The translations under genes were made by a program, and so were the position numbers. This document shows, piece after piece, positions 20,148 through 29,775 of a stretch of DNA of 64,000 bases. Numbering within the stretch: the stretch's first letter is position 1; each line of letters begins with the position of its first letter. The DNA is from Candidatus Cloacimonadales bacterium (lineage in GTDB: Bacteria; Cloacimonadota; Cloacimonadia; Cloacimonadales; JAIOQZ01): assembly GCA_963665815.1 (NCBI GenBank), contig OY762463.1, forward strand, positions 126,737 through 190,736, given 5' to 3'. The notes below the pieces were generated by a model. It was given only the letters and a program-made list of their open reading frames with translations, searched no databases and was not told where the DNA came from.

Positions 20148-21233
20148 TTATCTTTCATTTAATATATCTGATATGTATGTAGAATTTTCGACAGATTCCA
20201 TTTCTGCACAGCAATTGCTGATTGTAATAGTCTCAGAATTCATGTCTTCAAATTCGATGGATATGTTGCGGTAAGCGCATTTGTCAAACTGCTCGTATCC
20301 GATAGGTTTAATTTTACTGTTAATTCCGATGTTTAATATTGGGGATGAATCAAGCTTGAGATTATGCAGAGCATTTTGAAGATGAACATTACCTTTTGCT
20401 TCATCTCCGAATCTTACCAGACTTACGCTGCCATTCTTCAACATTAGTTCAACATTTGAATATACTCTGTTTCTGAAATAGACTTTATCTGCTGAGAATG
20501 TCCCGTTCAGAGTTGTTGTTATAATTCTCTGCGATATTTTTCCTGCCGGAAGGTAAATGGATTCATTGCTGAATAATCCGTTCTTCAGACTGTCAGGTGT
20601 TTCCAGTTGAAAATAAAGATATTCTTTTCCTGAAACCAGTTTGATGTTTCTTTGATCAATCAGCCAGGTAACAATATTTTCATGGATATTCTCAAGCCTG
20701 TTGTAATCACAATTAAGACTTTCAAAATAAGTGTAACGCAGATCCTGTAAATCTACATTGTAATATTCTGCAAGAGCAGCTGTCGGGAAACCAAGATAAA
20801 CCGTTTTCTTATGTTTCTTCTCTATAATCTCTCTTACTTCCTCAGTAGATTTTTTCATCTTATTGAATTTAACATCAGGGATACTTTCATATAGCTGAGG
20901 ATTACTTCTCCAGCCCAGATCAATAATACAGTCTACTTTCTCAATCAGACTTGTATAATAAGTGAAAGGAGTGTCATATACTTCCTCACTTACTTCACTG
21001 AAGAATCTTTCTTTCAGGCGTTCTGTGGAAATCTCAAGCAGAGGAAATGCTTTTTTCTTTCTGATTGCCATAGCGAGTTCTTCTATGAATGGTATTTGCT
21101 CCAGAGTTTCAGAACTGTCGGTAGCAGAACCATTTCGAATTTCTCCGTTAATAGAAATAACTTGTCCTGCTCGTACTCGAACAATTTGATTAATAATTTT
21201 AAATGCGGTTACAGTATAATCTTTAATCATCAA
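20148..21233 (-). CDS. Degenerate aminopeptidase (M29/leucyl-aminopeptidase-like) homolog
   Basis: Overall layout and the PT...A....D, LP.G, IG.N and FD.K-like remnants resemble M29, but the metal ligands are not recognisable. Confidence 0.55.
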   Translation of the reverse strand: MMIKDYTVTAFKIINQIVRVRAGQVISINGEIRNGSATDSSETLEQIPFIEELAMAIRKKKAFPLLEISTERLKERFFSEVSEEVYDTPFTYYTSLIEKVDCIIDLGWRSNPQLYESIPDVKFNKMKKSTEEVREIIEKKHKKTVYLGFPTAALAEYYNVDLQDLRYTYFESLNCDYNRLENIHENIVTWLIDQRNIKLVSGKEYLYFQLETPDSLKNGLFSNESIYLPAGKISQRIITTTLNGTFSADKVYFRNRVYSNVELMLKNGSVSLVRFGDEAKGNVHLQNALHNLKLDSSPILNIGINSKIKPIGYEQFDKCAYRNISIEFEDMNSETITISNCCAEMESVENSTYISDILNER

Positions 21234-21243
21234 TAAAACTCCG

Positions 21244-22071
21244 TTATATGTTTCTTGAATCCAGATACCAGGTTTCTCCCAGTTTAACTTTATTCAATGT
21301 ATTGATATCGCTTCCTAATATTCTTTCGGCAATCATCTTGAATTTTGCTTCATTATCGCTGACAAAGAAAGAATCCTTACCTTTAGTTTCTGTTTCCGGA
21401 AAGGGGAGAATGTCTTTAAGACGAGAAGCCACAGCCTCTGCACTGTCTACAAGCGAAACATCATTGCTCATGTATTTCTGTATTGTTTTCTTTAAAATTG
21501 GATAGTGAGTACAGCCAAGTACAAGTGTATCGATTTCATTATGTATCATATCGGAAAGATATTCTTTAACAATCAGCTCCGTAATTTCATGGTTTTCCCA
21601 GCCTTCTTCCACCAGAGGGACAAAGAGTGGACATGATCTGGAAAAAATTGATGCTGCGGGTTGCAGTTCTTTTATTGCTTCCTCGTATGCTTTACTGTTA
21701 ATTGTTCCTTCCGTTCCCGTAACACCTATTCTGCTGTTTCTTGTTTTCTGAACTGCTGTAAATGCTCCGGGGTTTATCACATCAACTATTGAAACCGGAA
21801 ACATCTTTTTAAGGGTGGGAATAGCGGCTGCAGATGCAGTATTACAGGCGACCACAATTATTTTTGCATTAAACTGCATTAGGAATCTGGTGTTTTGAAC
21901 AGAGTAATCTATTATTGTGGATTTTGATTTCGGACCATATGGAACTCTAGCTGTATCACCAAAATAAACGATGTCTTCATAGGGAAAGTTCTTTCTTATT
22001 TCCTTATAAACAGTCAATCCGCCAATACCGGAATCGAATATTCCGATAGGCTGTTTCTTTTGATTGCTCAT
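21244..22071 (-). CDS. murI: Glutamate racemase
   Basis: FDSGIGGLTV, DTARVPYG, ACNTA, LGCTHYP. Confidence 0.97.
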   Translation of the reverse strand: MSNQKKQPIGIFDSGIGGLTVYKEIRKNFPYEDIVYFGDTARVPYGPKSKSTIIDYSVQNTRFLMQFNAKIIVVACNTASAAAIPTLKKMFPVSIVDVINPGAFTAVQKTRNSRIGVTGTEGTINSKAYEEAIKELQPAASIFSRSCPLFVPLVEEGWENHEITELIVKEYLSDMIHNEIDTLVLGCTHYPILKKTIQKYMSNDVSLVDSAEAVASRLKDILPFPETETKGKDSFFVSDNEAKFKMIAERILGSDINTLNKVKLGETWYLDSRNI

Positions 22072-22074
22072 GAA

Positions 22075-23142
22075 CTAAAACTCCAGAATATCATTGAGGG
22101 TCTGTCTTGTGAATTTCCGGCATATTGCTTTCATTAACTCCACGAGGTTCTTATAGTCACTCATATCAATCATTCCGTGATGACTGTGAGCATACCTGAC
22201 GGGAACTCCAAGCACTATTGAAGGAATTCCATTGTGTGTCAAATGAATTTTACCTGCGTCTGTTCCACCTTTTCTTCTCACTGTTGGCTGAACAGGAATT
22301 CCAAATTCAGCTGCTGTATCCATTACGAATTTGCTGAGTCCCGGATGAGCAAGCATAGTAGGGTCGTATAGTCGAAGATGAACACCCTTTCCTAATGCTG
22401 TCTGAGGGGCTGTGCTTCCTAATGTGTCATCTGCAGGAGGTCCTTCAACAACAAAGACAACATCCGGTTTAATCATATTAGTATAAACCTGAGCTCCTCT
22501 CGTGCCTACTTCTTCCTGCACTGTTGCACCACAGTATACATTTGAATGCAGCTCTATAGAATCAAGAGCTTGACCAAGTTCAATGGCAGATGCAACTCCG
22601 ATTCTATTGTCAAAAGCTTTGGAAATAACTCTGTCTGTCTGCTTAATATGCTTAAAGTTCGATACAGGAGTAACAGGATTTCCCAGATTAACTCCGAATT
22701 TATCTATAACTTCTTCTTTTGATTTTGCTCCAATATCAATTGTGAGATTCTCAATTTTCATCTGACTATATTGGTTACTCAGAAAATGAACCGGAATTGA
22801 TGAAAAAATTCCGAATACGGATTCTTTGTTGTTATTACGGATCTCCACAGGAGAAGATAATAATGTAAGAGGACTCCATCCACCAATATTCTGTACTTTG
22901 ATAAGTCCATTACCAGTAATTTCAGCAACAATGAAACCTACTTCGTCCATGTGAGCTACAAAGGCTATATCAGGTGCTTCTGTATCTTTGGAGTTATACT
23001 TAAATGCAACAGATCCCATTCTGTCAGAGATTGGATTCGTATTATTTCCGAGATGCTGACACATTATTTTTTTAATATTTTTCTCGTATCCGGAGATGCC
23101 GGGAGTAGTGGTGAGTTGTTCGATTAATTTGATTGAATCCAT
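22075..23142 (-). CDS. M42 family metallo-aminopeptidase
   Basis: AHMDEVG, KAFDNR, VQEEVG.RGA, GGTDAG, RY.HS. Confidence 0.93.
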   Translation of the reverse strand: MDSIKLIEQLTTTPGISGYEKNIKKIMCQHLGNNTNPISDRMGSVAFKYNSKDTEAPDIAFVAHMDEVGFIVAEITGNGLIKVQNIGGWSPLTLLSSPVEIRNNNKESVFGIFSSIPVHFLSNQYSQMKIENLTIDIGAKSKEEVIDKFGVNLGNPVTPVSNFKHIKQTDRVISKAFDNRIGVASAIELGQALDSIELHSNVYCGATVQEEVGTRGAQVYTNMIKPDVVFVVEGPPADDTLGSTAPQTALGKGVHLRLYDPTMLAHPGLSKFVMDTAAEFGIPVQPTVRRKGGTDAGKIHLTHNGIPSIVLGVPVRYAHSHHGMIDMSDYKNLVELMKAICRKFTRQTLNDILEF

Positions 23143-23301
23143 ATTTTTTTTCCTTTATGGTTTTTGCAAATTTCAGAGCTGGTCACATGATGTCAAGTTA
23201 TAAAAACAGCAATTAGTATTCCCTGATTTCCTAAATATTTACATAGCAGAATAAAAAAAAGTTGAGAGTTTTTAGCTTCGACTCTAATAGAGAAAGCAGG
23301 A

Positions 23302-24087
23302 TCAGGGTATCTCAGGGAGTTTTATATAAGTGTCATTATCTGATGTTTTCTGGATGAACAGCATAACTCCTCGGTAGCATCCATCTTTAGTAAATCTTGT
23401 ATATATGTGGTTGATATTGAGTTTATGCAGAGTTCTGAAGACCATGTTAAGGGGATAGTTATACATTTCCATGTATGGAGTGTCTATCTTTCTCCCATTC
23501 ATGATATTTGCAAACTCAATTGCAAACGGAATTTTAGATTTTGTCCACTCAATGAATTTTCTAAGTATTGTAATGTCGCTTTCATACACGAAATGGATCA
23601 TTGCAACTCCATTTACAGAAAGTTTGTTAATCAACCTCCAGAATATTGATAATCCCTGTTCAACAGGAATATGCTGAAAAACATATATTGAATGTATGAA
23701 ATCAAATTTTCCATGAAGCTGGGAGAGTTTTTCATCACTCAGGAATAAACTGATGTTTTTCTTCTGTTTTTTCTCTATATGCTTATCGGTAATGTCCAGG
23801 AGACTTGGGGATACATCGAGACCTACTGCTTGATCAACTAAATCTGATAAAGGTAAAAGTACTCTTCCTGCTCCACATCCGAAATCCAGAGCTCTTTTGG
23901 GTGAGAAATTGCTATCCAATCTATTTCTTATTATTTGAAAAACGTTTCTGATATAATCGTTACCTTCTTGAAAAAAAAGATTAAGTGATTCCGTATCCCT
24001 GATATTTTTGAATTTATCATTTGTTGTAACCCAGAAGTACGGATCCTCTCTGGCAAACTTTTCCCAATAAATCTCAGTTTTATTCAT
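23302..24087 (-). CDS. Class I SAM-dependent methyltransferase
   Basis: ALDFGCGAGR, GLDVS, FDFIHS..VFQHIP. Confidence 0.88.
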   Translation of the reverse strand: MNKTEIYWEKFAREDPYFWVTTNDKFKNIRDTESLNLFFQEGNDYIRNVFQIIRNRLDSNFSPKRALDFGCGAGRVLLPLSDLVDQAVGLDVSPSLLDITDKHIEKKQKKNISLFLSDEKLSQLHGKFDFIHSIYVFQHIPVEQGLSIFWRLINKLSVNGVAMIHFVYESDITILRKFIEWTKSKIPFAIEFANIMNGRKIDTPYMEMYNYPLNMVFRTLHKLNINHIYTRFTKDGCYRGVMLFIQKTSDNDTYIKLPEIP

Positions 24088-24180
24088 AATTAATCCTTTA
24101 TAAAAATCTATAAAAAAGTCTATTCTCTTACAAGATTTTTTATAATTAATTCTGCGTGCTCAGTTACCATATATAATTTA

Positions 24181-24792
24181 TTAATTTTCTGGCTCAGATT
24201 TAACTCCGTTAATAAAAATACCATCATCATTTAGAACGATTCCTGAAAATTCAGGGATTTTGCCATAACAAATACTGTTTACATATAATGTGTCATTTTC
24301 AATGACTATCGTCTTATCACCTGTAATAAAATCATGTCTTTCCAGGTTATTCTCATTTGTCATTGTGTACATACTAATTGCACTTATTGTGTGAACTGCC
24401 ACAAAATGGCTTCCCATTTTCTGGATTGCAAAATCCTCTGACTGATCCAGAAACATCTGCATTGCTTCTGAAACAGGAGCTCCACTTTTGGGTTTGTTAT
24501 TTACAAATACGGTACCATCAGTGATGGATATTTTGTCAGTATCATTTAGTTTTCCGTAAGAGAGTTTGTTAAATACCATTTCGTTCTGCCATACATAAAG
24601 AGTATTTTCGTCGAAGCATAATATATGCAAATCCTGACCTGATATTTCTTTTGTAGATTTTGAGACATTCTTCGGGAAAGGATCAATTGCTATCTTAATA
24701 TCTCCGAGAGGGAAGACTAAATCCTCAGATGCAAAAACGAGGTTAACTGATACCACAATAATTATTATCCAGAAAATATTGAATTTAGACAT
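24181..24792 (-). CDS. Secreted hypothetical protein with an internal duplication
   Basis: AAGGAG RBS before the ATG at 24792 (MSKFNIF...); signal peptide. Confidence 0.65.
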   Translation of the reverse strand: MSKFNIFWIIIIVVSVNLVFASEDLVFPLGDIKIAIDPFPKNVSKSTKEISGQDLHILCFDENTLYVWQNEMVFNKLSYGKLNDTDKISITDGTVFVNNKPKSGAPVSEAMQMFLDQSEDFAIQKMGSHFVAVHTISAISMYTMTNENNLERHDFITGDKTIVIENDTLYVNSICYGKIPEFSGIVLNDDGIFINGVKSEPEN

Positions 24793-25135
24793 AAATTTCT
24801 CCTTAAACAAAAAGATGAAGAAAACAGTTCTCAACTGTCAAGAATATTATATATTATCAATATATTCAGAAATATAGGATGTTAATTATGTTGAGAGATC
24901 TGCAAAATGATAAATCTAGCAATCTACGTATAATGAGACAAAATAAAAACTATAGATGAGATTAATGACACACCTGGTAGGGCAGTCATGCTTTGTATTT
25001 ATAAGTATTGAGTCAACTGCCACAATAATGCAAAGGTCTCATGTTGCAAAAAAAAGAATCAGAAAAAGTTATATGAGATTAACTTTGGATTTTGGTTGAC
25101 AACAAACTCTCAGAATTATTCTTTAAGGAAATATT

Positions 25136-28100
25136 ATGAAAATAGAGGATCTAATGAAACTAAGAACATTTTTAATTATCGTATCTCTAATGTTATCAAC
25201 ACTTTTTGCGTATGAACCACATTTTATGGAAGATCCGGCAATTTCTCCTGATGGAGAACTCATCAGCTTTATTTATGATGATGATATCTGGACAGTTCCA
25301 TTCGATGGGGGAGAAGCAAGAAGATTAACTTCAACTCACTCCAGGGAGTATTCTCCGATTTTCTCACCTGATGGTAAATGGATTGCTTACGGAAGCAATA
25401 AATCAGGTCAGAACAATATTTATATTATACCTGTAAACGGTGGAAAAGCAGAAATGATTTGCGATCAGAACCTTATGGTTGTAGACTGGTATCCGGATGG
25501 TAAATCAATTCTTACAGTTGGAAGTGTTACAATTAAACGTTCAGGGCTATTCAAATGGAAACTGAACAAAAATCCTCAGGAAATGAAAACTCAGCGTCCT
25601 GAACTTGTTTCTGAAATGGGAGATTTCTTCTCAGTATTGTCTCCTGATCTTAAAAAAATTGTATTTCCGAGAAGAGGTGATGCTTACCGTGAGAAATATA
25701 AAGGATCAAAGAACGGTGAGTTATGGGAATTTGATACAGAAACAGGAAAATACACTCAACTCACTTTTACAGAGACTACAGAACGTTATCCTGTTTTCTC
25801 TCACACAAAAAACTCAATTTATTATGGTGGATCAGACGGTGAAAATTTCCAGCTTTGCAGAGTTGATAATGATAATTACCAAAAACCTGTATACCTGACT
25901 AAGTTCAAACAGTGGGCTGTAAGAGATTTGAGTATTGCCAGAGAGAATGACAGAATAGTTTTCGAAAAATTCGACGAACTATGGGTGTACAATCCGGATA
26001 ATAACAAATCAGAAAAGGTAAACATAGAAATTAAAGAAGATACTTATGATGAAAGTCTTGTAGTAAACGAGGCATACAATACTTTTGACAAATATGATGT
26101 TTCTCCTGACGGAAAATTTATTGTATTCTCATATAAATTTGATCTTTTTGCCATTCCTGCAAAAGGTGGAGATGTAAGACAGCTTACTTTTGATCAACCG
26201 GGAATTGAAAACATTGCTATTTTGAATGATAACAAGACGATCTTTTTCTCTAAGCATGTTAAAGGTCATCCTGAACTGTATAAAACAAGTATAGATACTC
26301 CTGGTAAAGATGATGCAATTTCATGGGGTAAAGGAAGATATATAGACGGAATTTTCCTGGATCAGAAGAACAATGTAGTTATCAGACATTCCAAGGGAGA
26401 AAAAAGATACATGACTTCCATCTTTGACAGTACAGGAACCAGGAAGAAATTTGATATTCCTGGAGATGTCAACTGGGGTGGTTTTGATCTCTCAGACGAT
26501 GAAAGGTTCATGGTGTTCTCAAGAGTTCATAAGGAAAACTACTCTTATGATATGGTGATATTAGATCTTGAGAATGATAAAGAACATCTAATCATGACAA
26601 AGAACAAATATGTTGGTGGTTATGAGTTCAGTCCCGACATGACTTGTCTGTTCTATACTTATGAGGGTGATATTCACAGGTTGGATTTCGAACCTAAATC
26701 AGATTTTTATCTGGAAAAAGATAACTGGGATGCAATTCTGAAAGATAAAGAATCGGATAAAGAGGATAAACCCAAAGAAGAAAAAGCTGATAAAGTAAAT
26801 CTTGCTGAAATTCTTAAGTCTACAGACAGGTTTGATGTAAAAGAAACAAGAATTGTAAAACAAGTTGGCAGAAACTTCATTTTCCATATGATTGATGATA
26901 CAACTTTTTACTATAAAAACTCAAATGGTCCGAAGGAAACATTAAGAAAAGCTAACTTCAAAGGTGAGAATGACGAAGTAGTCAAAGAATTCAATGGAAA
27001 AGTTGAAAACATTTATACTCCTGATGGAAATACTGTATATTTCAAAAAGGGAACAAAGCTCTATACAATGAGTCTGAGATCCAAACATCCAGAGATGCTT
27101 AAAAATTACATCAAATATGAATATGATAAGAAAAAGCTGAATCGTAAAGTATTTGAACAGGTATGGGCTGAATTCGGTCTTGGATTTTATGACAAAGACA
27201 TGCATGGATTCAACTGGAGTAAAGCTTACAAAACATTCAGTAAGGAAATGGAAAAAGCTGAAAGTGTAAGCGACCTGGAAAAAGTTGTTCGAGAAATGAT
27301 TGGAGATGTGAATGCTTCACATACAGGTTTCTACCCAAGAAAAGAAAAGAACTACAGATATATTAGAAACACATACCTTGGATTGGAATATGATTACTCG
27401 GATTATCCTCGTAAAGGTATCAAGATTGCCAAAGTATATATGACTGGCGTCCTCAGCAACAATTACGGTATTCGTAAAGGTGATATTCTTTTATCTGTGA
27501 ATGGTGAAGAAATAACTACTGAGCAACCATTGAACAAAATGTTGTTTGATAAGCAGGATAAGAAAATTGAACTTATTTTCTTAAGGGGAAAAGAAAGGAT
27601 AGAAGCTGCAATCAAAGGTCTTTCCTGGACACAACAGAGAAATATGCAGTATGACAGTTGGGTTCTTGAAAGAGAGGAAATGGTTGATGAACTTTCCAAG
27701 GGTAAACTCGGATATCTTCACATAAAGGAGATGAATGGTGAAGCTTATGAAAAGTTCATTAAAGATTTATATTCAGAAAATTATTTCAAAGATGGTCTTA
27801 TCATTGATGTAAGAGGAAACGGCGGTGGTAATATCCATGAAAGACTGATCGAAGTACTTACAAAGAAATCTTATGCTATGTCTACAACAATTAAACGAAA
27901 CGAGTATTACAAGACTCCAAGAGATGCCTATGAAAAACCGCTTGTACTACTTATAGATCAGGATTCTTTCTCAGATGCTGAAATATTCCCACAAATATTC
28001 AAATATCTTGAGCTGGGAGTGATTGTTGGTATGCCAACATCCGGCTCAGTAATCGGAACTGTTCCTTTTAAACTTTTTGACGGATCCAGTATGAGAATGC

Positions 28101-28252
28101 CAAGATCAGGCTGGTTTACAAAAGACGGAAAGAACATGGAAGGAAATGGTGCACAACCTCATATTAAAATAGATATGACACCTGAAAACATAATTAATGA
28201 TAATGATGTGCAGTTGAAGAAAGCTGTATCGGAATTGTTGAAAAAAGTATAA
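25136..28252 (+). CDS. Tricorn-like S41 protease (beta-propellers, PDZ, S41 domain)
   Basis: PD40-like SPDG repeats, ASH, GYLHI, IDVRGNGGG, SFSDAE, GMPTSG, EGNG..P. Confidence 0.92.
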   Translation: MKIEDLMKLRTFLIIVSLMLSTLFAYEPHFMEDPAISPDGELISFIYDDDIWTVPFDGGEARRLTSTHSREYSPIFSPDGKWIAYGSNKSGQNNIYIIPVNGGKAEMICDQNLMVVDWYPDGKSILTVGSVTIKRSGLFKWKLNKNPQEMKTQRPELVSEMGDFFSVLSPDLKKIVFPRRGDAYREKYKGSKNGELWEFDTETGKYTQLTFTETTERYPVFSHTKNSIYYGGSDGENFQLCRVDNDNYQKPVYLTKFKQWAVRDLSIARENDRIVFEKFDELWVYNPDNNKSEKVNIEIKEDTYDESLVVNEAYNTFDKYDVSPDGKFIVFSYKFDLFAIPAKGGDVRQLTFDQPGIENIAILNDNKTIFFSKHVKGHPELYKTSIDTPGKDDAISWGKGRYIDGIFLDQKNNVVIRHSKGEKRYMTSIFDSTGTRKKFDIPGDVNWGGFDLSDDERFMVFSRVHKENYSYDMVILDLENDKEHLIMTKNKYVGGYEFSPDMTCLFYTYEGDIHRLDFEPKSDFYLEKDNWDAILKDKESDKEDKPKEEKADKVNLAEILKSTDRFDVKETRIVKQVGRNFIFHMIDDTTFYYKNSNGPKETLRKANFKGENDEVVKEFNGKVENIYTPDGNTVYFKKGTKLYTMSLRSKHPEMLKNYIKYEYDKKKLNRKVFEQVWAEFGLGFYDKDMHGFNWSKAYKTFSKEMEKAESVSDLEKVVREMIGDVNASHTGFYPRKEKNYRYIRNTYLGLEYDYSDYPRKGIKIAKVYMTGVLSNNYGIRKGDILLSVNGEEITTEQPLNKMLFDKQDKKIELIFLRGKERIEAAIKGLSWTQQRNMQYDSWVLEREEMVDELSKGKLGYLHIKEMNGEAYEKFIKDLYSENYFKDGLIIDVRGNGGGNIHERLIEVLTKKSYAMSTTIKRNEYYKTPRDAYEKPLVLLIDQDSFSDAEIFPQIFKYLELGVIVGMPTSGSVIGTVPFKLFDGSSMRMPRSGWFTKDGKNMEGNGAQPHIKIDMTPENIINDNDVQLKKAVSELLKKV

Positions 28253-28260
28253 AACCTGAC

Positions 28261-28287
28261 GGGCTGGCTGAAATGCCGGCCCTTTTT
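28261..28287 (+). terminator. Intrinsic terminator after the S41 protease
   Basis: GGGCTGGC-TGAAAT-GCCGGCCC-TTTTT. Confidence 0.8.
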
Positions 28288-28294
28288 GCATGTT

Positions 28295-29551
28295 ATGAAG
28301 GAAATCGAACTATATAAAATCTGGGTGGATCAAAAATTTGATGATTCTCTGATTACAACAGACGGAAAAGAAGTTAAGGTTATATTCCCGGGAACAAGGA
28401 ATAAACTTGAGGGACCGGATTTCAATAACGCTTTTATTCAGATAGACGGTATATCTTATAAAGGTGATATTGAAATTCATGTTCATACATCAGACTGGTA
28501 TAAACATAATCACAATTTTGACAATAACTACAATAATGTGGTTCTTCATGTTGTTTACAAACATGATTATAAGTACAAGCGTGTGGTGAATGAGAAGAAA
28601 AAAGGAATCTTTACACTTGAGCTCAAAGACAAAATCCAGCCTATCCGCGGAAGAAGGAAGGAGAACTACTGTATTGTTTCAGGAATAAGAGATAGAAGCA
28701 GACTTGAAGAGTTTTTGATTGTCAAAGGACTTGAAAAATTCTATAGCAAATCTGATAAATATCGTGAATTGATGCATTCAACAAGTAAAAACCAGATGTT
28801 ATATATGGCAATGCTGGATAGCTTTGGTTATTCCAGAAACAGAGAACCAATGAAAAAATTGTCTCAGGTTGTGTCATATTCTTACCTGAATTTCCTTTTT
28901 TCTAACTATTCAAGTGAGGCTGTTACGGGGTTTCTTCTGTATGTCTGCGATTTGTTCGGACATATTCCGATTTCAGTTTCAATGAACAAAGTAATAAAAT
29001 ATCGAAATGCTTATCAAAAAGAATTTCGCAGCTGTCTAACAGTTAAAAAGCTAAATATTGACTGGAATATGTTCAGAGTACGTCCTGTAAATCATCCGGT
29101 ACTGAGAATTGTGCAGATAGTAAACCTTTTCAGTACAAATGAAGACTTCTATTCTCAGATTTCAGATGTTTTCAAAAGTTGTTCTGAAAAAACGAGTGGG
29201 GCAATGTTATACAGGAAAATGTTCTGTAATGCTGATGATACTTATGCAATTAGCAGATCTATGTTTGATAAGGCTATGATTAACGTGTTACTGCCTTTGC
29301 TGTATGCAGATTATTCAATGAGAGAAGACGATCCCGAGTCAGAAAATATGAAAGACAAATGTATTGCTCTTTTTTTGAGATACAATCAACTGGAAAAAAA
29401 TCATGTTGAGACAAAAGCTCTTAACAATCTCACAAAAGGACGAAAACCGGAATTTAAAATGAAAGCAGTTCATCAGCAGGGATTGAACTATCTATATAAA
29501 AACTACTGTAAAAACAGACTATGCGAGTTATGTTTCTCAGATTATAAGTAA
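28295..29551 (+). CDS. DUF2851 family protein
   Basis: PG..N...GPDF.NA, GDIEIH...SDW..H.H..D..YNNVVLHVV, RP.NHP..R, QQGL, C....C..C. The ATG at 28295 is preferred over the TTG at 28286. Confidence 0.85.
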   Translation: MKEIELYKIWVDQKFDDSLITTDGKEVKVIFPGTRNKLEGPDFNNAFIQIDGISYKGDIEIHVHTSDWYKHNHNFDNNYNNVVLHVVYKHDYKYKRVVNEKKKGIFTLELKDKIQPIRGRRKENYCIVSGIRDRSRLEEFLIVKGLEKFYSKSDKYRELMHSTSKNQMLYMAMLDSFGYSRNREPMKKLSQVVSYSYLNFLFSNYSSEAVTGFLLYVCDLFGHIPISVSMNKVIKYRNAYQKEFRSCLTVKKLNIDWNMFRVRPVNHPVLRIVQIVNLFSTNEDFYSQISDVFKSCSEKTSGAMLYRKMFCNADDTYAISRSMFDKAMINVLLPLLYADYSMREDDPESENMKDKCIALFLRYNQLEKNHVETKALNNLTKGRKPEFKMKAVHQQGLNYLYKNYCKNRLCELCFSDYK

Positions 29552-29698
29552 TTGGCACGCAATTTTCTAATTAAAGATGTAGATATGATGTTATAAGGAA
29601 TTTATTTCCATATATTTTTATTGAGAATGCTGGATAATGTCGGTTTCAAGGGAATGAAACTTCAGAACACATGGATGTGAATGGGAACTCAATAGTTT

Positions 29699-29758
29699 AA
29701 ATCCATACAATCCATTGAAGCTTCCATAACGAAGCACAGTGTTTGTATGGATTTTTTT
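29699..29758 (+). terminator. Long interrupted hairpin + U-tract in the leader of the GT2-asnB operon
   Basis: AAATCCATACAA/TTGTATGGATTT outer stem, CATTG/CAGTG and GCTTC/GAAGC inner stems, followed by a T-run. Confidence 0.6.
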
Positions 29759-29775
29759 GATTAAAGGAACGTATT

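Noticed and set aside
24840..25135. ncRNA or riboswitch in the intergenic region (GGCAGT/ACTGCC and CTTTGTATT/AATGCAAAG pairings)
   Set aside because: Only short stems that match no family I recognise. An Rfam scan would be needed.
29553..29568. Sigma54 promoter TGGCACGCAATTTTCT
   Set aside because: The -24 box is perfect but the -12 position reads TC instead of the near-invariant GC.
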